From NCBI RefSeq assembly GCF_009914755.1, contig NC_060925.1: DNA of 64,000 nucleotides. One strand, written 5' to 3'. This stretch comes from the human T2T-CHM13v2.0 reference genome, Homo sapiens. Positions 46,476-64,000 of this stretch are shown here, piece after piece; the first letter of the stretch is position 1; each line of letters starts with the position of its first letter. The notes under the pieces are model-generated. The model did not search any database. It saw nothing but the letters and a program-made list of their open reading frames with translations, and was not told the DNA's origin. A program made the translations under genes and the position numbers.

Positions 46476-47396
46476 AAGAAATTACTATAAAGGAACAGGA
46501 TAGGAGCTTTTGGCCATTTCTTGGAGACATTATTTATCAATCTAAGCCTACATTCATATAATAATGTATACATTTACACGTGTGCAGTGAGGAATAGCAT
46601 TGATGGAGAGAGAAAATGAGAGGCCTAGTATTGAGGAAGAGTAGTCACCTAATAGGACAATAGTTTGGAGATGCCAAGATGGGTATAATCAGTCCCCTTA
46701 CCTTGAGGTTGATGGCCATGAAGGCTCTTGAGCCTTACCTCTTTCATATATTTCAAGAAGTTTTTAATGCATTAGCTTCTCTTCTTGCGCTGCCTTCTTT
46801 TTAGCGATATCTAAATAGAAACTACATGACAAGTAGTTATCATAGCAAAAGCTAGCTTTGTAATGCACATGACAAAAACATAGTATAAATGTGACCCGTG
46901 AAGCAGTGAAAACTTTGGGTGCTGTCATTTACTGTGGTACCATCTTGTCTCTTACTGTGTACTGTGACCTCTAGTGGTTTCTGTTTCTTCCATGGATCAT
47001 ACTCTTCTGAATAGTGTTGACAAAAACTTACTGCAAGACTGCAAAGACTAAAACGTGTTTTATTTTCATTCAGATCTAGATACTTGTCACCTTTCCCAGT
47101 GACCTTCCTTGACTGTCTTATCTAAAATAGCACTTCCCTATTGCCTTTCACCTCTTTAAGTACTGCTTTATTTTTCTTCAAATCACTACTAATCTTGTAT
47201 GTCCGTCTCCCCAACTGGGATGTAAGTGCCATGAAGGTGTTGGCTTTTATTTACCTAGTGCCTAGTCTCTAAAACTTAATGGGTACTCACTAAATGCTTG
47301 TTGATCTTGATCTCCTCCCTTTCCTGTATCTCCCACTTGAATTTTTGAGAGTAATAAGCAAGTCTTAACTGTCTTTATCAAGAAATAGGGACATTT

Positions 47397-48465
<1,069 letters not shown>

Positions 48466-48796
48466 ATAATATGTTTTAACATAAATAAACATTTATATAA
48501 TAAAACTCATTGCTGTCACAAGGCCAACATACAATCCATTATATGAAAAATTTGAGGGACTGAATAATTTATTGAGGATCTTTTTGTGTGCCAAGCCCTC
48601 AGGTGGGTAGTGTGATTTTTCATTTTACAGACAGAAAACTGAGGTCCAGAGACGTTAAGTAACTTTCCCAGGATCACACAGCTGGCAAGTGGTGGTGAGT
48701 TCTTTAGACTGTAGAGCCTATGTTCTTTTTTCTTATATCAGAATTTCCTAAACTGTGTTTCACTCCGTATGATATATTTATTAATAAGTGCTTCTC

Positions 48797-49108
<312 letters not shown>

Positions 49109-49157
49109 TAAGTGCTTCTTGAAATAAGGGTTCTATGTTCATATAAGTTGGGATAAG

Positions 49158-55292
<6,135 letters not shown>

Positions 55293-55927
55293 TTAATATC
55301 CATGAAACCATCAAGATTATGATTATATCCATCATCCCTAGAAGTTTCTTCCTACTGCTTTGTATTCCCTTTCTTACCCTCCTCTTGTATACATACCCTC
55401 CCATCCCCACTTAACTACTGATTTGCTGTCTCTATAAATTAGATTGCATTTTTAAGAATTTTATATAAATACTATAATCATATAGTCTCTCTTTTTTGGT
55501 GTCTCTGTATAATTATTGAAATTCATTCATCTTGTATATATCAGTAGTTTATTTTATTGATGAGTATTCATTATATGGATATATCATGATTTGTTTATTT
55601 ACCTATTGATAGACATTTGAATTGTTTCCAGTTTTTGACTACTACAAATCAAGCTGTTAGGAACATTTTGTGTGGAAGTCTTTGTATGGACAGATGCTTT
55701 TTCTTTTCTTTTGGGTAAACACCTAGGTGGAATGGCTGGGTCAGATGACAGGTTTTCCAGAGTAGTTGTATTTTACATTCACATCAGCGCTGTATGAGAG
55801 TTCTAGTTTTCTATCTCCTCACTAACACTTGGTGTGGCCAGTGTTTTTCATTTTAGCCACTCTAAAATTGCTGTTAGTTCATTGTGATTCTAATTTGCAT
55901 TTCCCTAATGGCTTTTTAAAATTTTGA

Positions 55928-56206
<279 letters not shown>

Positions 56207-56630
56207 TAATGACTTATGTCAAGTGTCTTTTCATATGTTTGTTTGCCATCCTTATATCTTCTTTGACGAAGTGTCCAAATCTTTGCCATTGAAAAATAAT
56301 TGTTTTCTTATTGTTGAATTTTGAGAGGTGTTGTGTTTGTGTTTCTGATATATGCTTTGCAAAGATTTTCTCCCTAGGTTGTGCCTTCTCTCTTTTTATT
56401 ATTCTCTTAACAGTATATTTCTTTCTTTTTTATTTATTTCTTTTTTTAATTAATTAATTTTTTTTTTTGAGACCGAGTCTCACTTTGTCGTCCAGGCAGG
56501 AGTGCAATGGCGCGACCTTGACTCACTGCAACCTCCGCCTCACAGGTTCAAGCGATTCTCCTGCCTCAGACTCCTGAGTAGCTGGGAACAGGCGCCCACC
56601 ACCACACCCGGCTAATTTCTGTATTTTTAG

Positions 56631-56992
<362 letters not shown>

Positions 56993-57305
56993 TGATCTGC
57001 CCGCCCCCACCTCCCAAAGTGCTGGGATTACAGGCGTGAGCCACTGCACCGGCCAACAGTGTATTTCTAAGAACGTAAATTCTTAATATTGATAAATTGT
57101 GTTTTTCCCATTATATCTAAGAAATCTGTCTAATCCGAGACCACAGAGATGTTCTGCTATTTTCTTCTGGAGATTGTATAGTTTTAGGTTTTACATTTAA
57201 GTCTATGATTCATTTGGAGTTAATTTTTATATACGGTGTGAGGGATGGATGGAAAGTTCTTTAGATATAGATATAGGTATATCTAAACTTTAAAAAAAAT
57301 CACTC

Positions 57306-57412
57306 GTGCTTGCTTCAGCAGCACATACATTAAAATTGGAACAATATGGAGAAGATTAGCCTGGCCCCTGTGCAAAGATGACCTGCAAATTTTTGAAGTG
57401 TTCTATATTTTT
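57306..57412 (+). pseudogene. Full-length U6 snRNA retropseudogene
   Basis: 107 nt, 'gtgcttgcttcagcagcacatacattaaaattggaacaatatggagaagattagcctggcccctgtgcaaagatgacctgcaaatttttgaagtgttctatattttt', colinear with U6. ACAGAGA box mutated (atggaga), CpG decay, no recognisable PSE upstream. Confidence 0.96.
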
Positions 57413-57519
57413 CAGGGAGTCTCAGGCCAAGGATGTCGTCGAAGAGTACTTCAAATGCAGTAAATGAACAGATAAATCTTTGGCTCACAAAAATCTTTGG
57501 CTCACAAAAAAATAAAAAA
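57413..57519 (+). pseudogene. 3' fragment of RPS12 mRNA (last 17 codons, 3'UTR, A tail) fused to U6
   Basis: 57414-57467 translates to RESQAKDVVEEYFKCSK*; recalled RPS12 C-terminus is KESQAKDVIEEYFKCKK*. Followed by 'ataaatctttggctcac' and an A-rich tail. Confidence 0.88.
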
Positions 57520-57799
57520 CATATATATATATAGATAGGTATATAGATATATCTATAGATATATATGAGTGTTATATAAATATATCTATAGCTATGTATA
57601 TGAGTGATTTTTTTTAAAGTTGCAGCACCATTTGTTGAAAACCTATCCTTTCTCCACTGAATTGCCTTTGCACCTTATTGAAAATTAGCCATACATGTGT
57701 GTCTCATTCTGGATTCTATTCTGTTTCATTGATCTGTTTGTCTACTCTGATGCCAATACCACACTCTTATGTTGCATTTTCAAACAAAATATAATATAC

Positions 57800-61030
<3,231 letters not shown>

Positions 61031-61615
61031 TGTCTTTTATGGATAACTCTGTAGTAATTAGGTGTTTAGATTATTAAAGGAATATATGAAAAATTTTCTT
61101 GAACTGCAACAGTGATTAAAAGAATGTAAATTGAATAAACAAAGTATTTCTTCTATTAAGCTGATCCTCACAAGTTATATTAAAATTATAATATCTAATA
61201 ATTGTTACAGCTCCTCAGTCTGTCACCCTGTAACACCAATAATAGGAATGTACATTGGAACAAATTTTCCGGAGCAGAATTTGACACTGTGTAAAGCCTT
61301 AAAAATTATCCACCCAGCAATTCCATTTATAGGACATTATTATAAGAAAATTGTCATGGATACATGGGAAAAGTTAGATAAGGGGTGCTCATTTTAGTGT
61401 TAGAGGGGTGTTCATCTTAATATTTTATATATAATACTGCAAAGTTAGAAGACATTATGTCCATAAATAAATAATTGGGTAATAAATTGTATCCACACAA
61501 AGTTGTGCAGCCATAAAAACACTGACATTGAAGAAAACTTTACAATAAATGGAAAGACGTTATAGCATGATTCTATTAAAATGTTCGGTTTAGGCATTTA
61601 AAAAAACCCTCAAGC

Positions 61616-62031
<416 letters not shown>

Positions 62032-62198
62032 TTACTTTTATGACAAGACAGTAAAAGGCATTTTTGAAAATTGAAAATGAAATAAAACTAGAAAGCATAG
62101 TTAAATCCTGTGGCAGAATCGGTATCTAAAAATAATCTTAGTAGGCTGAGATTGATGGACTGAATCCAGTGAAGTTTAATCAGGATGGATGAAAAAAG

Positions 62199-62216
62199 TA
62201 TAGACAGATAGATAGG

Positions 62217-62255
<39 letters not shown>
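62199..62255. repeat. (GATA)n tetranucleotide STR
   Basis: About 14 units, including GACA and GGTA variants. Confidence 0.95.
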
Positions 62256-62256
<1 letters not shown>

Positions 62257-64000
62257 GTAATAAGTTAGTCATATCACTGGCTTTAAGAAAACCACCTATA
62301 ACCAATATAGAAAATGAGGCAGGGGGCATAGTGGCAGCATATGTTAAAGACTTAGGGGGTTTAATTTACTCTAGCCACTTAACTTTCTGGTTGTAAGCAG
62401 CCAGCTGTTCTCTCCCCATTTCATTTCATCTCACTCTCAGCTTAGTCTCTTGATGGCAAACCTCCATCAAGAGGTGGTGCTTCCTCATGCTGACATTTAA
62501 GTCTCTTCAGCATTTACTCTGATCTGTTCTAGCCATCTAGTTGTCTATTCATCTTTTCTGACTTTTTTCAAGTTCTTTCTTTGGAGTCCTCCTGTTCCCC
62601 TCACTTTTGCTCGTACTTCAGAGATCCATCTCAAGTGCTGCCCTCTCCTGGAAGTCTACCTCTTGTAGTGCAGTCACATTTTACTGAAATGTATAATTCT
62701 GGGAATTTCACATGCTGAGAAATTTAAATAAAAGTTTCTTGCTTTATGTGCAAAATTTGAAATAATCCAAACCCCTCTCTATTAGAAAACACATAACTTC
62801 CTATTGCCATAGAACATACAGCTTTAAAAAGAAACACTAGCTATCTTTTGTCAGTTTTTTGTGACCCACCAGCATTCTGAAGTACAGGATATCTGTCAGT
62901 GCCATTGCTTGAAAACATTCCCCAGAAGCATTCACTTTAGAATGGAAGTTAGATGTTGTAAACTCGGGAAGAAGGCCAAATGATGACCATGACACAACTT
63001 GCTACAAAATATTAAAGCTGATGCTGGGGGTGAGGGGGCAGAATTTAAAAGCACACTTAAAATAGTTGAATTGTGAAAAGGCATAAAGAAAGCGTGGTGA
63101 TTAAGTGTGGGCTGAGGAGCCAGATGGCTCTAGTTCAAATCCTGAATCTAACACCTATTGGATGACTTTGCCCAAATAATTCAATCTCTCATGTTTCCTC
63201 ATTTAAAAAAAAAAAAAATTCCCAAAAGACAACTTGACAGTGGCTCCTCATTTTTGAAATGGGCTGATAATAACTCCTAGCTCATGGAGTTGTGCATATT
63301 AAATAAGTTTAGTGGCCGTAAAGCTCTTAGGAAGTGCCTAACCCATACTATGTGCTCAGTAAATATAATTATTTCATTAGGAAAGTTAATCCTGAACTAT
63401 GTGAAATTTAAATTGGAATGTATTCTTTAAACATTAAATGTGACCATCCTGAAAGAAATTCTCCTTTCTTGATAGTTTCAAGGAATAGTCAGAATGCTGC
63501 CAAGCTCCTTGAAACCATGTAGTGAGAAATGTAGAGAGAATTAAGGGTGAGGGGAGATTTTTTTTGCTTTGAAAATGTAGTCATGCTTATTAAAGAAAAT
63601 TTGAGAAGTTTAGAAAAGTATAAAGATGACAAAAATTGCTCATATTCCTGCTACCTCAGTGCTAACCATGTAAGCATTTTAGTTAATTTCTTCTAGTCAT
63701 TTTCCCCTTGGACATTAATTTTTTCAATGTACAGACATACGTGATTATAACACATATACAGAACTAGAGGTTATTTAGCCTAGAGAAGTGAACCAATGTA
63801 GCAGTCTAGATGAGGGATATTGGGGGCCTGGTTTAGGTGAATGGCTACAGAGATAAAGCATAGGGACAGGAGACAAAGATATTTCTGAGATAGAATCAAC
63901 AAACTTTGGTGTGGTGGTTTCAAAGATAGTTTTTTAGCTCTGGCTCCTGAAAGGAGGCAGATGGAACATAGGAGGAAGAGCATATTTGCTGGGGAAGATG

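Noticed and set aside
57306-57412. A functional U6 snRNA gene
   Set aside because: The ACAGAGA box is mutated, there are many substitutions, no recognisable PSE lies upstream, and it is embedded in an old L1 with a fused mRNA tail.

Overview
Primate, very probably human, genomic DNA: an Alu/L1/L2/MIR-rich intergenic region followed by the CpG-island promoter, first coding exon (40862-41098, 79 codons) and the first ~23 kb of intron 1 of RLF. Gene and repeat-family names come from recalled sequences, not database searches. Almost all ORFs in the supplied track are spurious translations of Alu/L1 repeats. The notable structures are: (1) an OAZ1 (antizyme 1) processed pseudogene that keeps the TCC-TGA +1 frameshift site, carries a 20-nt duplication of it and is fused at its poly(A) to an Alu right arm; (2) a degraded ERV1-class provirus whose env/3'LTR half lies in the opposite orientation to its 5'LTR/PBS half, with one Alu split between the two junctions of an apparent ~2.3-kb inversion; (3) a chimeric retrocopy of full-length U6 snRNA joined to the 3' end of RPS12 mRNA, bracketed by a perfect 20-bp inverted repeat instead of a normal direct target-site duplication (TSD); (4) a young AluYb-lineage insertion, an L1PA 3' fragment with TSDs and several tandem repeats. 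I see no evidence for a new protein-coding system.
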